Shown: positions 26,776 to 39,455 of the stretch, piece after piece
Position numbering within the stretch: the first letter of the stretch is position 1
Layout: the number at the start of each line of letters is the position of its first letter
DNA from: the human T2T-CHM13v2.0 reference genome, Homo sapiens
NCBI RefSeq assembly: GCF_009914755.1
Contig: NC_060928.1
Length of the DNA: 64,000 nucleotides
Direction: 5' to 3' (one strand)
Made by a program: the position numbers and the translations under genes
Notes under the pieces: model-generated
Seen by the model: only the letters and a program-made list of their open reading frames with translations
Told to the model about the DNA's origin: nothing
Databases searched by the model: none

Positions 26776-27384
26776 GTACCATGCTTATAGGAGAATGCTG
26801 GCCAGTTACATGCAACCTGCCCTAGAAATGTGCTTGTGTATTCTTCTGCCTTACTTAAACCACCCTATCAGTTTGGATCTCAGACATTTTTAATTCTCTC
26901 AGTTACTATGTTTTGTTGTTAAATTTGTTCTTTCCATGCATCTGACATAGGATTCTGCTCGTTTTGCAAGATAGACTTTGGTATCCCTACCCTTTTGCCT
27001 CAACAAAATTTCCTCTCATGTTTTGCAGGAAATACAAAACAAGAATTATTTTGCAGAAAATCCAACACCATGTTCTTCCAAAACTTTCTCTGAATTCCTA
27101 TGGCTTTTGTGTCCTCAAGTCTTTCTCTGGCTCTCACTTCCTCACTCTGCTGATGTCTTCTTTTCTGTTCTGAATCTTACCGTTGTTTCTTTATCTCTGC
27201 CCTAGCATTAACCTAAACACGCACTAAGCCCCTTATCTTGATTTTCACTAAGGGAAAAAAGTACCATATAAGAACAATGCACATGTATGAGATTTATTGA
27301 AGACCTGGAGAAAGTTTATGACACGGCAAGACTTAGGAGTTAGGAGATTGTTTTGTTCTTCTTGTTCTTGAGCGAATATTTAAT

Positions 27385-27844
27385 GTATGCCAGTGTGGTG
27401 CCTGTCTTCAATTTGGGTCCCACTTAGGTCCACTCTCCACCTTTCTCTGGTGTGCTCTGAGCCCCAGGACACTATGAGTTGTGTCACTCGAGTTCTAGTC
27501 CATTTGCTTCCTGGTTGCATTCAGCCACTAGGAGGCACCGGCCAGAGATTAGAGCATAGTAGAAAGAAGGAATGTTATTTCCCAGTTCACTGTCCACTCC
27601 ACTAAGATCTAGCAGAAGCTACATTACCTACTAAAGCCCTAAATCCTGCAAGTGGCCCTCTTACATAGCTTCTTGCCCTTTAAGGACTAGGTGCTAACAG
27701 CTTCCTGCTGCTGCTAGACTCTGGGTGCTTCACAGCCCTCATTGATTCCCCAGTTCACACTTCTGAAAATAGTTTATTCACTGAACAGCTTGTGATAACT
27801 TGTCAGTGTGTCATCTGTTTCTTTCTAGTAACCTGTCTAATACA
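27385..27844 (+). mobile_element. LTR33-like ERVL LTR
   Basis: GCTTCCTGGTTGCATTCAGCCACTAGGAGGCACCGGCCAGAGAT, AACAGCTTCCTGCTGCTGCTAG, CATCTGTTTC and an AATACA end. Confidence 0.75.
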
Positions 27845-27861
27845 GCCAAACACCAAAAATA

Positions 27862-27970
27862 TATCATTTCTCATCCCAGTTTTCCAATGAAGAAGCCAAA
27901 GTGTAGAGAAATTAAGTGATTGGCCCAAGATCACTCAACTTCTAAGGAGAAGATCCAGGATACTCCCAAA
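27862..27970 (-). mobile_element. MIR fragment
   Basis: AGAGAAATTAAGTGATTGGCCCAAGATCAC antisense core. Confidence 0.7.
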
Positions 27971-29683
27971 AGGGAGTTGTTTCCAACTCACATGATGAGC
28001 CTGTGTTTTCATGGCATGTCAAATTTCTCCTTAAACAGTGTTTATAATTCAGTTGATCGGTTTCACTAATGGATTTGCCATGATAGCAATCACAATTTAA
28101 AATGTTTTTCAAACATTGTTCTATTGTTTATGGAAACTTCTTGATATTTAAAAGCTAAATAACAATGGAAGTTTTATATGAAGTATCTATACAATTTATA
28201 CTAAAAATAAACAAACAGATAGGTAAATAAATATGCTTTTGTAGTCCAGATGTTATTAAATTATTGTTTTAGGTTTTCCAGTACAACATTTGTTTCTCAG
28301 TCTGGATAAAGTAGACTCCTTTAAAAGCAGGATACAATAAAACTTTATCACTTAATTAACCAGTATTCAAAACAAAAATCTGCTAATCATAATTCTCTCT
28401 ATCTACCACTTTGCCAAGAAATATATAAAGTGTTAAAATTTAAAGTAACAAATGCTAGAGTGTCAATAAAAGACATTCTCAAGAACAATTTTAAATTTGC
28501 TTTTATTAGAACCTGTCAAGGAATTCTTGAACAATCCAGAAACAAACCATCAAAGTTGGTTTCAGAAGAATGAAATCTTGGTCTCATTAATTGTTTGGGA
28601 ACACAGACTAAATCATTCTTCTCTGTATAATTATTGAGCAGAGTAAATGTCCCTGCTGACAGGCTGCCAGATACCACAGATATCTTATTAAAAAGTACAA
28701 AATTATAATTATTTCCTTCTGAGTTTCTCGATAGTATTCAGTGTATTCCTCAGTGTACTCATATCCTTGCTTTTGCCTAACTCTCTTGACTAATTTTACT
28801 TAAAATGATTTTTCAGAATTTAGTTAACCAATTGTTCATTTTATAATATATTGCATTTTGTCTCTTTTTTTGCTCCTTTGCATATACAGCATTAAAATCA
28901 TGTTTTCTAATATACTTGGCAGAAAAGACAACCCCCTCTATTTTTGTAGTAGAATCAGTTACATACATATATATGCATTTCAATACATAAAATTCCTATG
29001 AAATATTTGCCTGGCTAAACTGATTTGAATAGCAGCTGTGGATTAGTCAGTTCTCTATAGATAAGAGGAACTTTGAAATATCTGTTTTCAATAAAGAAAT
29101 TTTTTAGACATCTCGGAAAAAATATAAATTTAAGGCTTAATAACATGTTCTTCTGAATTTTCTACCAGATCTGGTGAAAGTTTTGTGAAACAAAATGTTC
29201 AAGAATAACTGATGAAAGCATTTTCCACAATAAGAGTCAAAAGGCATGGTAAAGGGAACATGAAAAGTTCACTCCAAGTACCATTCAAGCATTATAAAGT
29301 ATCTGTGCTGGGAACAGTAAAACCCAAAACAGAGAAATGGCCTAACTCTTTAAGCACAATCTCAGAGATGGCAGTGAGTCATACCCAATTCTATCTTGTA
29401 GCTCAATTTATCCTGCCTGGCACACGTTATCCTGATTTCAAGCAGCTAAACTTCACAGTGAGACTGAGCCAGATTGAGAGGCTATCAGGTCAATGTGACA
29501 GGAAGCAAAAAGCACTTATTTTAAAAGGACAAGTAAGCTTCCTCTTTTCTAGCTTTTGATGCTTGTAACAGTAGCAAAGGTTGAGCTGCTCCCTCCAAAC
29601 AAGTACCTGAAGACTGTACCTCCAAATCACCTTCCTAAGCAATAAGCATCATCACTGCTCTCTTATTATAGCACAATATGAAC

Positions 29684-30159
29684 TGACAAAGGTTCTGTGC
29701 TTGACCAAACTTTTTCCTAGCCCATCTGTAGACTTCCTTGTGAAACCCAATTTTAGCAAGAACCCTGCTAAGTCATTATAGCAGGAACCTACCCCCTCTT
29801 TGATGTCTAATTACCCTCAATATCTAATTGGGTTCCTCATCCTCCACCATTCCCTAAGTGATGTCTGATCATCTTAACCTGCCTTCAGCAAGAATCCAGT
29901 TAGGTGGGTTTAGCCAGAAAACCCCTCACCCCTTATGTTTTCTTTGAGTAATTTTCCATCTAATGGCCCCACCCTGTTTTTTCTGTTTTTTAGTTATAAA
30001 TTCCCACTTGCTGATGCCGCAGTATTTAGAGTTGAGTCCAGTCTCCCCTACTGCAAAATCTCATTGCAGTGGTGTGTATACCTATCACCTATGGCTATAT
30101 CCCTGAATAGAGTGTGCTTTACTATGCTTTCAAAAGTACCATTAAATGATTTTTTGACA
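29684..30159 (+). mobile_element. MER31 (ERV1) solo LTR
   Basis: TGACAAAGGTTCTGTGCTTGACCAAACTTT start, TTTAGCAAGAACCCTGCTAAGTCA, TATAAATTCCCACTTG and a TTGACA end. Confidence 0.85.
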
Positions 30160-31409
30160 GATCCTTCCCCTTTCCTTCAACTGCAAGGAGGTCACGATGA
30201 TTGCTGTGTTATCTATGTGCCTTTGTGTGGGAAAATTCAGAGAATGTGTGACTGTAAGAATGCCTGACTGTAAGTGCATATGTGTATAGAGGTTTATGTC
30301 TGTAAGATCTATATATACATATATATCTCCATATATTATATATAATATATATACACACATATGAATAGGAAAACCTTTAGAGAAATGTGAAGTGCATGAA
30401 TACATTTTAATAGGTTTTCCGAACTAAAATAGAGTATACTTTAGCTCTCATTTATATATAAGTACTTTTTAATTAAGTCGTATAATGCTTCTAAAAATAA
30501 TTCTTTATTTTTATTTTGTTGTTAATGTCAAACTCTTTTTCTACCTCCTGAATTTCACTTCATTTCTTCTAGTTACAAAATATCCCCTGCAGATCTGCGT
30601 TTTTCTCATGAAATTAAATACTTTTATGTGCTCCAGAATTTACAAATTATTAGTTATAAAACTGAGAAAACAAGCAAAAGAACAAGACATAGTACATAAA
30701 CAACTTCCCCTCTAAAAAGTGTCACGATTGAACAAACTACGAAGTATAATTTGTTAAATAAGGTATTTAGATCTTAGTGTCACTGTACAAAGAGATTTAC
30801 CTAATATTTTACTTGAACAAACTATCGGAATGTTTCTCAGAATTCCCAAACCATATTTACATAGGGTCAGTATTCATCAATTGCTTGTTGAGTCTGTGAA
30901 GAAGGAGGAGTAAAAAAGAAAAAGAAAAAAATTGTTTGTTGCATTTTATTGCAAGCATAGAATAAATAATAAGCACAAACACACGTAATTGAAGTAACAG
31001 CACTTCACATAGAAAATAAAAGCATACTCTGGCATTGTAACCTAATACAACTCTTTGGGTTGCATCCTTAGAAATATTATTTGGGATTCACTGATACTCC
31101 TCTACTTTAAGAGTTAAAGATCTGTCTTAGAATATTTTCTAAGAAATTATTAACATTTGGGAACCTTGAGATCAGTTATTGTATAGCCTTCATCAGTGCT
31201 GAAATCTTTTCTCGATTGAAATCTTACCCAGAATCGTAAACAAACACAAATCTGTTCTATCTGAAGTGGTATAGGGGGCCTGGAATACTGTCAAATACAC
31301 ACTGCATCACCCTTTCCACATCAGTCACCAATAAGACAGATCTTCTAAAGGATCAAAAAGCAAAACAAAGACAAACAAAACCCTCCGGATTTAGTAAAGC
31401 TCTGTTTGA

Positions 31410-31560
31410 AAATCCATTGAGCTAGGACAGCCTCCCGATGGTACTGTGGTTTCACAAATGGAGATGTGAAATCCAGAGAATACAAGTCTAAAGCCACAAC
31501 CAATTAATGTCAACATAGGGATTACAGGCCCAGTTTTTGTATTCCTATCTCAGTCCTTTT
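31410..31560 (-). mobile_element. MIR/MIR3 fragment
   Basis: TTTCACAAATGGAGATGTGAAATCCAGAGA antisense core. Confidence 0.5.
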
Positions 31561-31758
31561 TAATTTAATTTAAATCTTATTTAAATTTCAATTCTCTATG
31601 TGTATATATTATATGGATGTTCATTTATTTATAAATATAGTTAACAAATATTACCCACTAAGAATAAGTATCTCTTCTTGATTTTGTTGTACTTGCTGCA
31701 ATAAAGAACTTACTTTACACAGTAATAAAGTGCATTGAGTTAAAAGGTAAATTCAGTA

Positions 31759-32061
31759 GGCCGGGCACAGTGGCTCACGCCCGTAATCCCAGCACTTTGG
31801 GAGGCCAAGGCAGGTGGATCACCCGAGTCCGGGAGTTTGAGACCAGCCTGACCAACAGGGAGAAACCATGTCTCTACTAAAAATACAAAATTAGCCGGGA
31901 GTGGTGGCGCATGCCTGTAATCCCACCCACTAAGGAAGGCTGAGGCAGGAGAATCGCTTGAACCCGGGAGGCAGAGTTTGTGGTGAGCCAAGATCACGCC
32001 ATTGCACTCCAGCCTGGGCAACAAGAGCAAAACTCTGTGTCAAAAAAAAAAAAAAAAAAAA
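31759..32061 (+). mobile_element. AluSp-like element
   Basis: CGGGAGTTTGAGACCAGCCTGACCAACAGGGAGAAACC and AACAAGAGCAAAACT diagnostics. TSD AAAAGGTAAATTCAGTA/AAAAGATACATTCAGTA. Confidence 0.96.
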
Positions 32062-32658
32062 GATACATTCAGTAGTAAAACTAATCATTATGCTGTTACC
32101 TGCCTTTCCCGTTTCTCCCCTTCCCTTTCTGGTCCTTGCTTGATACTAAATCTTCTGGAATAACTCCCAACTTCTGGGACAGCTCCACAATTTCTATATA
32201 AGACAGTCATCAGGTTGGCAGGCTTTATGAAACTGGTGGTGCGAATGGCCAAGAAAGTGTTTTATTTAGATTTTAGTTCTATTATAGAATGCTTGGAGAG
32301 AAGACTGATGAAGACTATGGGGGTAGTGGACTTTAGCAATTCGACTCTTGAATCCTCTAATCTTTAATCATGCTACAACAATTGCTACTCTTCACGGAAA
32401 TTCTCTCTCCCAATTTCAATTTTTATTATATTCCCAATTCTACATAGTTTAGCCCTAATCCTTGGCTACTTGACTCTAACATGCCTTTCTTTCAATCCTT
32501 TACACTATGTGACAAGGCGCCCTTTCCTATAAAACTAAGGTAATCAATATATTCAGTTGTTTACATACCTACTTTATTTACCTCTTCAGCTTTACTGAAA
32601 CTTCTTCCCATTGACATTACTTCCTTTTAGAACTCTCTGAAGGGAAACATTTACATTT

Positions 32659-32736
32659 TTAATTTTTGTTTTTTTACTTTTTTGCTGCTCCTTGTAGAGC
32701 AGGGCTAACCCACAGGCAGTGTGCCCAGAGCCAGTC
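32659..32736 (-). mobile_element. Short polyadenylated retrocopy (53 bp body resembling an ERV1 LTR segment)
   Basis: GC-rich body at 32684-32736, degenerate poly-T at 32659-32683, and flanking CATTTACATTT/CATTTATCATTT. Confidence 0.6.
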
Positions 32737-34999
32737 CATTTATCATTTGTTCTACATATTTCAACAACAGAAAACAAAATAATTCTAGATCAGATTTTCC
32801 ATTGTGAGATATAGGAATTACTCATGTATACTTTAATATATATATAATTTAAATAATTATTTTAACAAAAACAATAATGCCCTCCCCAGCTCAAGAAACA
32901 GAACATTGCCAGAAACTCCCCATACGTCTCTCCTGATTCATACCTACAGGCAGCCACTATCCCTAAAACCAAGGAAACTAACATTCTTGAACCATTTCAA
33001 GTTGCATTCATGGATTGAGAATCTTTGAACCATATGTGTGATCATTTGAGCTGGAAATCAAGGAGAGAACTGTCTCATGGTTATATCTCAGTGATTTTTT
33101 ACTTTAACACTCCCCTTAGCACTCCAGGTTTTCTCTTTCAATGAATAACTAAGGAGCTCTTTGATGCTTTTTTCCTCTAAGGTCTTACCCAGATTTTTTG
33201 GTTCCTTTTTGTGGAAAAGTTGATGTAAATAACCTAGCCAACTGTATTTCAAGAAGGGTAAACCGTTATTGATCTATCCATCACTGACTTTTGATGACAT
33301 CTACTCCGCACACTTATATTCTGTCATAGTTGTTAGTTAGGGTCTTCATGGAAGGGTAGGGATATCTGTAATTCTAATGAGAGTAGAAAATTTTAACAAT
33401 CACAAAATATGTGATATTGATTGAGTGAAAAGATTGCTAAGCTGTGTGGGAAAAAATAATGAAGTAAGGAGTCTAAATTTGTTTTGGAACCTAATAAGTA
33501 AGGAGGTTTTTCTCCAGCAATACTGGCAACTCATAATTGATGCTTGAAATTCGAAGGCATAGTTTACCCCAAGCAGATGACTGACAAGTCAGTTACATTA
33601 GAAAAACATAAGATTAAGAAATGAAAATATCACTCCTGCATAGGTCTATGTTAGTAAGTCAGGAAAACGAAATCAAAAAGACACTGACAGACTATGAATA
33701 GGAGAGATTCAAAAGCCAAACATCAAAGAGAAAATTTAATAGTAACAAGTATTTGAAAAATACTGAAGGAAAAGAAAGATGTTTAAAGTTTATAATCCTG
33801 TAGAAAATGTAGATTCATATTTAACAGAAAACAAAAAGGCATTGTGACTAAATAAAGAAATAGATAAAGATTATTGCAGTAGGAAGGCTGAAGTTCTATA
33901 AAGACAATTTGTTTTTAATGATAGCATTAAAAATTATGATTATAACTAAAAAGTTATAATCAAAAATTAATATTTTGATAAAATTTCAGATGTCTTATGT
34001 ACTATATGCTCAATTTAAAAAATTGTTTTGGCAGAATGTTGCTTTGTACTATTCAAGCATTTTAATCCTGAACCAAAATATAGATTTATTCATCTTCACT
34101 GTAGGAATATATAGTAGACACAGCATTATGCAGGTACCTTTATCATATAGGTATTCTCAAGAATTCCTCAAAGGCTAATTGTATTCTGTCAGTATTTTCC
34201 AAAATGAGGCAAATATATATGAAATGTATACCTCATGTATAAAAAGGTAGGCTATTAACACTGGTATATGGATAGGACTTATACAAATTTTAATTTTTAT
34301 TGATTTAATGTGTATTAAAAAAGACTGGTACCTCAAATCTGTAATTCCATTGCTTACGTTAAGTCTACATGCATTTAAGTAGAAATATTGAATCTATATA
34401 AATAAAAAATATTAAGTAAACAATATTACAGTTCAAATGCAGGTACGCAATAATCATGAAAGCAGTAACTGACTAAATTAAGTTTGAAAAATATTGAATT
34501 ATATCAGAATGCCTTTTAAAAAGTCATCTTGCTCTGACCTATGCCTGGTTAAAACTTACAGCTTTCTGTAATATATGTGGAAAAGATGTATGTAACTTTT
34601 ATGAAAAATATATATGCAGTGTAGATTATACGGAATATATTCTACAGAAGATGACTCAGTGTATAAACTTTAACCAACTACTCTTGCTTGCTGTCACCAT
34701 GCATCTAAAGTTGAGAAATGTCACAAAGAAGCCAGAAATAGAAGTTTTAAGGGTTCCACAGTAAAGAGAGTAGAAAATTATGTATTGATGTAGATATATG
34801 TATATGAGGTACTTGTATAGCAACTTATCCAATTTTGAACAAGAACCAAAGTTAAAAGGCAAAATAAATTATCTTGTTATGATTTTTAATTTCTTCAGAA
34901 AAATAGAACTATTCTATTTAACTATATATTAGTACATGTTTAGGACAGTGCTTCATCCTTTTAAAACTACTTTATCATGTATTATTGCAGTGAAGACAG

Positions 35000-35180
35000 A
35001 TAGTAGAAGGATAAAGTGCATGGACTTTGAAGCCAGATAGCTACATGCTAAGTGTAATTTTTGAATTTATTTAAATGTTTTAGCTTGTTTTTTATTAGCT
35101 CTAAAATTGAGATAATAATAGCACCTGCTTCCTAGTGTTGTTGGGAGTTTTGAACATGATAATATATAAAGTGCCATGTG
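35000..35180 (+). mobile_element. MIR
   Basis: GCATGGACTTTGAAGCCAGA...TAAAATTGAGATAATAATAGCACCT. Confidence 0.7.
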
Positions 35181-35194
35181 CATTCTACTCATTA

Positions 35195-35718
35195 TTCATA
35201 CGTTCATTCATACCTTCAATGATTTTATTCAGCAATTGATTACTCAGCACCTACAATGTGCCAGACACTCTCTTAGTCTTTGGGAAGAATACAAAAATAA
35301 ATAATTATTGTCCTGGGGAGATCGAATTCTTGCATGGGAAGAGGACTAATAAATAATCAAATTTGTAATATAGAATAGTTACGTGCCATCAAGAAAATAA
35401 ATCAGGCAAGAGGGTAAGGAGTGTAGGGTTCAGAGTGTTGCAATATTGAATAAGGTGAACAGAAATGGCTTCATCAAGAAGATCAGAATTGAGCAAAGAC
35501 TTCAAAAAGTTGAGAGAGTAAGCCACATGCTTTCTGTAAGAAGAGAATTTCAGAAGAGGAGAGAGCAAGTGCAAAGACCCAAGGCCAGAGAACACCTGCT
35601 ATGCCTAAAGAAGATGTGAGAGTGAGAGTTATAGCAGATGAAGGCAGAGGAATCGACAGAAGACTAGCACAGTAGAGCTTCATGGATAGGGTATTGCAAG
35701 GAACTCAGCTTTTACCCC
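35195..35718 (-). mobile_element. L2a 3' end
   Basis: (TTCA)n-like end, AGCACCTACAATGTGCCAGACACT, TTGAGCAAAGACTT and AGCAAGTGCAAAGACCC. Confidence 0.8.
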
Positions 35719-35719
35719 A

Positions 35720-36657
35720 GCACAGAGCCACACCATCAGTGGGTACACATCATCCCTCCAACCCCAGACAGGCAGCCCTCTGGCTCACCTTTCAGTAGTA
35801 GCAACAATGACTGTGCCAACAGCAGTATGCAGAAGGGAGGAATGTGTTCTGCTCTCTATGCATAAGCTCTAGCACAGAGCCTGCTCTGCCAGTGGGAAAG
35901 GACCTCATGCTTTGCTTGCAAAACCAAGCACAGTGTGTCACTGCTTTAAGTGGAGTCATTTCTCATAGGCCCAGACAGGGAGCTCTTGGGCTCTGGAAAG
36001 CACACATTTTGGTTGTCTTTGTTCCATGGGTTGCCTTTTTTATGTTCTGCACTGCTCTTTCCCTGGGAATAGTACTCCAAGGCTGCAGTACTGGGGGCCC
36101 CATAGCATCTTTGTGTCCAGCCAGTGCTATGCCATTGTAGCACTAAGGTTACTGGGTTACTAATGTCAGTGGGGGCTTGTGGAATGTGAAGATATGGGAG
36201 CCATAACTCCCAATGCAGGATGTAGTTCTACAACAGCTGTCACAAGGGTGCCCAGCTACAGCCACTTAGGTCTTGGAGTGAGTGACTCAGTGTGAATTTT
36301 CTGTCTGATACAATGCCTTTATGGAGTCTCCAAATCACTACCCATGCTAGGATCAGGGTTTATCTGGGTAGAGTTTTGGATCCCAAGGTTTGGATTACAG
36401 CAATCTTACCTGGGGATGTAAACCACTGATGTTCTCCCACTTAGCCTTTCGCTACCATACTGAGTCCCTTGGGGCTCCTGGCTAATCTCAGATGATCTGC
36501 CATTCATTTCCTTGTTCTCCAGTGCCTCAGGTATTTCCTGTGACTTCTCTGTTGAGTTCTCTGTTAGATTTCTATTCAAAATATGATTATTTATTCATAA
36601 TTTTGGTTCTTCTTTCTAGAGGGGCATGTGTCTGACATCTCTAGTGAGCCATTATAA
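35720..36657 (-). mobile_element. Old L1 (L1M/L1MA-type) 5' UTR fragment
   Basis: Relatively GC-rich block ending AATATGATTATTTATTC...CTCTAGTGAGCCAT, the antisense of an L1M 5' start. Confidence 0.6.
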
Positions 36658-38171
36658 ACCAGTATCTATGGACATATTTTATGTATATTGTGGTAGAAAG
36701 CAAGAAAGAGCAAATGAAGAATAATTCATCTATATTCACAAAGAGACCAGATATAATTATTATTAACTTATAATCCTTACTTTATAAATTAAAAAATACC
36801 AAAATCTAAGTAGATTAGAGATTGGCCAACGTGGTGTTAGTTTGTGGTGCCACCAGAATGCCTACAACTAGAATTAAGGCATCTGGACTACAAATATGTT
36901 TCCTTACTCTATACCTACATTGCTTCCTAATATAACATTTATGCTATTTAACCTTAAATTGTGAGCAATTTGCTCAATGCAAATACAAAGTCAGAATATC
37001 TGGAATTCAGCCAAGTAACAATTTCCTCAGCCATTTACTGTTCCTTCCACGAGGTAGTGAAAGATTATCCAAGAGTTCACAGATCTGATAGGATGCCATT
37101 CATAACTTATAATGCATTTGCTCTAATACTAAGACTAAGGAATGACTGTTATGATAAAATGTGAAAGAACTATTCGTTGAATGAAAAGAACAATTCTAAG
37201 TAAAAATGTGTTCATTTTTCTCCTCACTTCTTATAAGTTTCAAGACCATGTGAAACAAATGAAAAATTCTTGGGGAAAGCTGGGACAAACAACTCTATTA
37301 ACATAGCTGTGTGAACTTCCTTGCTAATGGCTCCCTACCCAGCTCCTTCACTCTAAGAGGGTGAAATTCTCATTTAACACAAGAAAGCAATTTGACTAAG
37401 ACTTCTTGAATTAAACCTTCAGAATAAAAGGAAGCACAGGCACTATCTGATGAGACTAAGAAATAATGCAAGCCTCACTTTCAGGTGTAAGTCAATTGAT
37501 GAGGAAATAAATTCCTGAGAGCTTTTTCCTATTATGGCCTCTGATTGCAGGCAGCATTCTGAGTTGTAGGGTGATGACACACCAGAGTTATAAGCAACCT
37601 GGAAGGATAGTAGTGCAGCCTATTTGGCAGCAAATAGCATCCACCTGGTCCAGTTAATGATGAATTGGCTGAACTCATTTCAGGTTTCTGTACTTGAGTT
37701 TGGCAGGAAAAGTGGTACATTGAAGCCAGTTCCAGGAAAACAGCCAGGACCAGAAGAAGGGAGAGGGAGGTTAATTTTGACTTATATACTTCAAGCTAAC
37801 CAATAGTGCTCTACTAACCTGGATTTTCCATATAAAGTCACTTAGATTATAAGGTGCAAATATGTCTTTAATTGTAAGATGACCTTGTGCAGCTTACGGT
37901 AATCACTTAGATAGCCATGGAAAACATGCAAAAGAAGGAAAAAGAACAATTTTTTTTTTTTTGGATCATGAGAATGAGGCAGTGGCAGAAAAGTAACTTA
38001 AAGATTGGTTTTCATATCGAGTTTATAAGGATCTATCAAATCAATTTGTGGCTATGCCTTGTAAATGTTTTGTAGTCAATGTAGATGGCTGAAAGTTGAG
38101 CTAGGTTTAAAAATGGAAGAAATTAGTATAAAACATTAAACTGTTTATAAAATACTAGTGACAAAAAAATA

Positions 38172-38446
38172 AAATTGCCAGATAAAAGATGCCAGGATGC
38201 TCAGGTCAATCTGAGTTTCAAATAGAGGATAATTTTAAGTGCAAATATGTTGTAAATATTGCAATTTTTAGTTTTTTAGCATTGCATATTTTAGTATTAT
38301 TTAGTATTTTTTATTATTGCATATTTATTTCAAATGTGTCCCAAGTATTGCATGGTACATGCTTAAGCTAAAAAAAAATTTTGTCGACATGAAATTCAAA
38401 TTTAACATGATATAGTTTATTTTTATTTGCTGAGCCTGGAAACCTT
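38172..38446. mobile_element. MER53 hAT MITE (palindromic) with an expanded centre
   Basis: TTGCCAGATAAAA...GTCCCAAGTATTGCATGGTACAT...GAAATTCAAATTTAAC...TTTATTTGCTGAGCCTGGAAACCT. Confidence 0.75.
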
Positions 38447-38509
38447 AAGTGGAAAGAAGACATTTGGAATAAGCCAGCAAAGTTTTTAGAAGAATACATT
38501 TTTCAAGGA

Positions 38510-38640
38510 GATGAAAAACTCGATCTAGTCTCAATATTATATTTAATCATCTGTGTGACCTTGAACATGTTATTTAATCACCCTGAATCTCAGTTTCCTC
38601 AGCTGTAAGTTGTCATTTTAATAATATTAGTTTCAATTTT
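38510..38640 (+). mobile_element. MIR fragment
   Basis: CTGTGTGACCTTGAACATGTTATTTAATCACCCTGAATCTCAGTTTCCTCAGCTGTAA. Confidence 0.8.
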
Positions 38641-38725
38641 ATGATGTATATATACTCATAAACTGAGGTCTCCTGTTATATGAAAACCTGCAGCCTGGAT
38701 TATCAAACTAAATACTACCACCTAC

Positions 38726-39204
38726 TGTAGCAGGACGAGCCGCAGACAAAACCTCTCAGACACCAAGTTGTAGAAGGAAGGGCTTTATTCAGCTGGGAGC
38801 ATCGGCAAGCTACTGCCTTAAAATCCAAGCTCCTCAAGTTCACAATTTCTGTCCCTTTTAAGGGCTCACAACACTAAAGATTTCACATGAAAGGGTCGTG
38901 ATTAATTGAGCAATCTAGGGGATACGTAACAGGGGTTTCATGCACTGGTAGTCAGAGTGAAACAGAACAGGGCAGGGAGTTTCACAATGTTCTTCCATAC
39001 GATGTCTGGAATCTATGAATAACATCAGTTTCTAAGCTATGGTTGATTTTTAACTACTAGGTTTAGGCCAGGCAGGCCCAGGCCTGGTTTCAGGCCTGGC
39101 GCCGGGCTGCCTGTCTTTGATTTCACTTCCTTGTTTTTTTCTTAAAACAGGTACTGAGTATAAAACAATATAAAACAATATGAGAGGGTCTCTCTCTTCC
39201 CTCA
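38726..39204 (-). mobile_element. LTR2B (HERV-E) solo LTR
   Basis: Minus strand runs TGAGGGAAGAGAGAGACCCTCTCATATTGTTTTATATTG to GGCTCGTCCTGCTACA. Perfect 4 bp TSD CTAC at 38722-38725 and 39205-39208. Confidence 0.95.
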
Positions 39205-39208
39205 CTAC

Positions 39209-39455
39209 CACTAATTAGCACTTGCCAAGGGACTGTACAAAGCCCTATAATTACAGGGTATTAAGCATTTAACTCCTATATTATACAATAACATAATACT
39301 GTAACATTGGCGGAATTATCTTCCACTTTACAGATGAGGAAAACACTTCAAAATTTAAATAACTTGCTTTCAGAACATGAAGCTACTAAGTGGCATATCC
39401 AGGACTTAATCCCCAATTTTTATGACATAAAAGCTTATACTGTGCAAACTATATG
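39209..39455 (-). mobile_element. MIR
   Basis: CCACTTTACAGATGAGGAAAAC...AAATAACTTGC...CTACTAAGTGGCATATCCAGGA. Confidence 0.75.

Noticed and set aside
29212-29559. 115 aa ATG-initiated ORF in unique DNA
   Set aside because: It has no recognisable domain, splice context or retrocopy hallmarks, and the length is compatible with chance.
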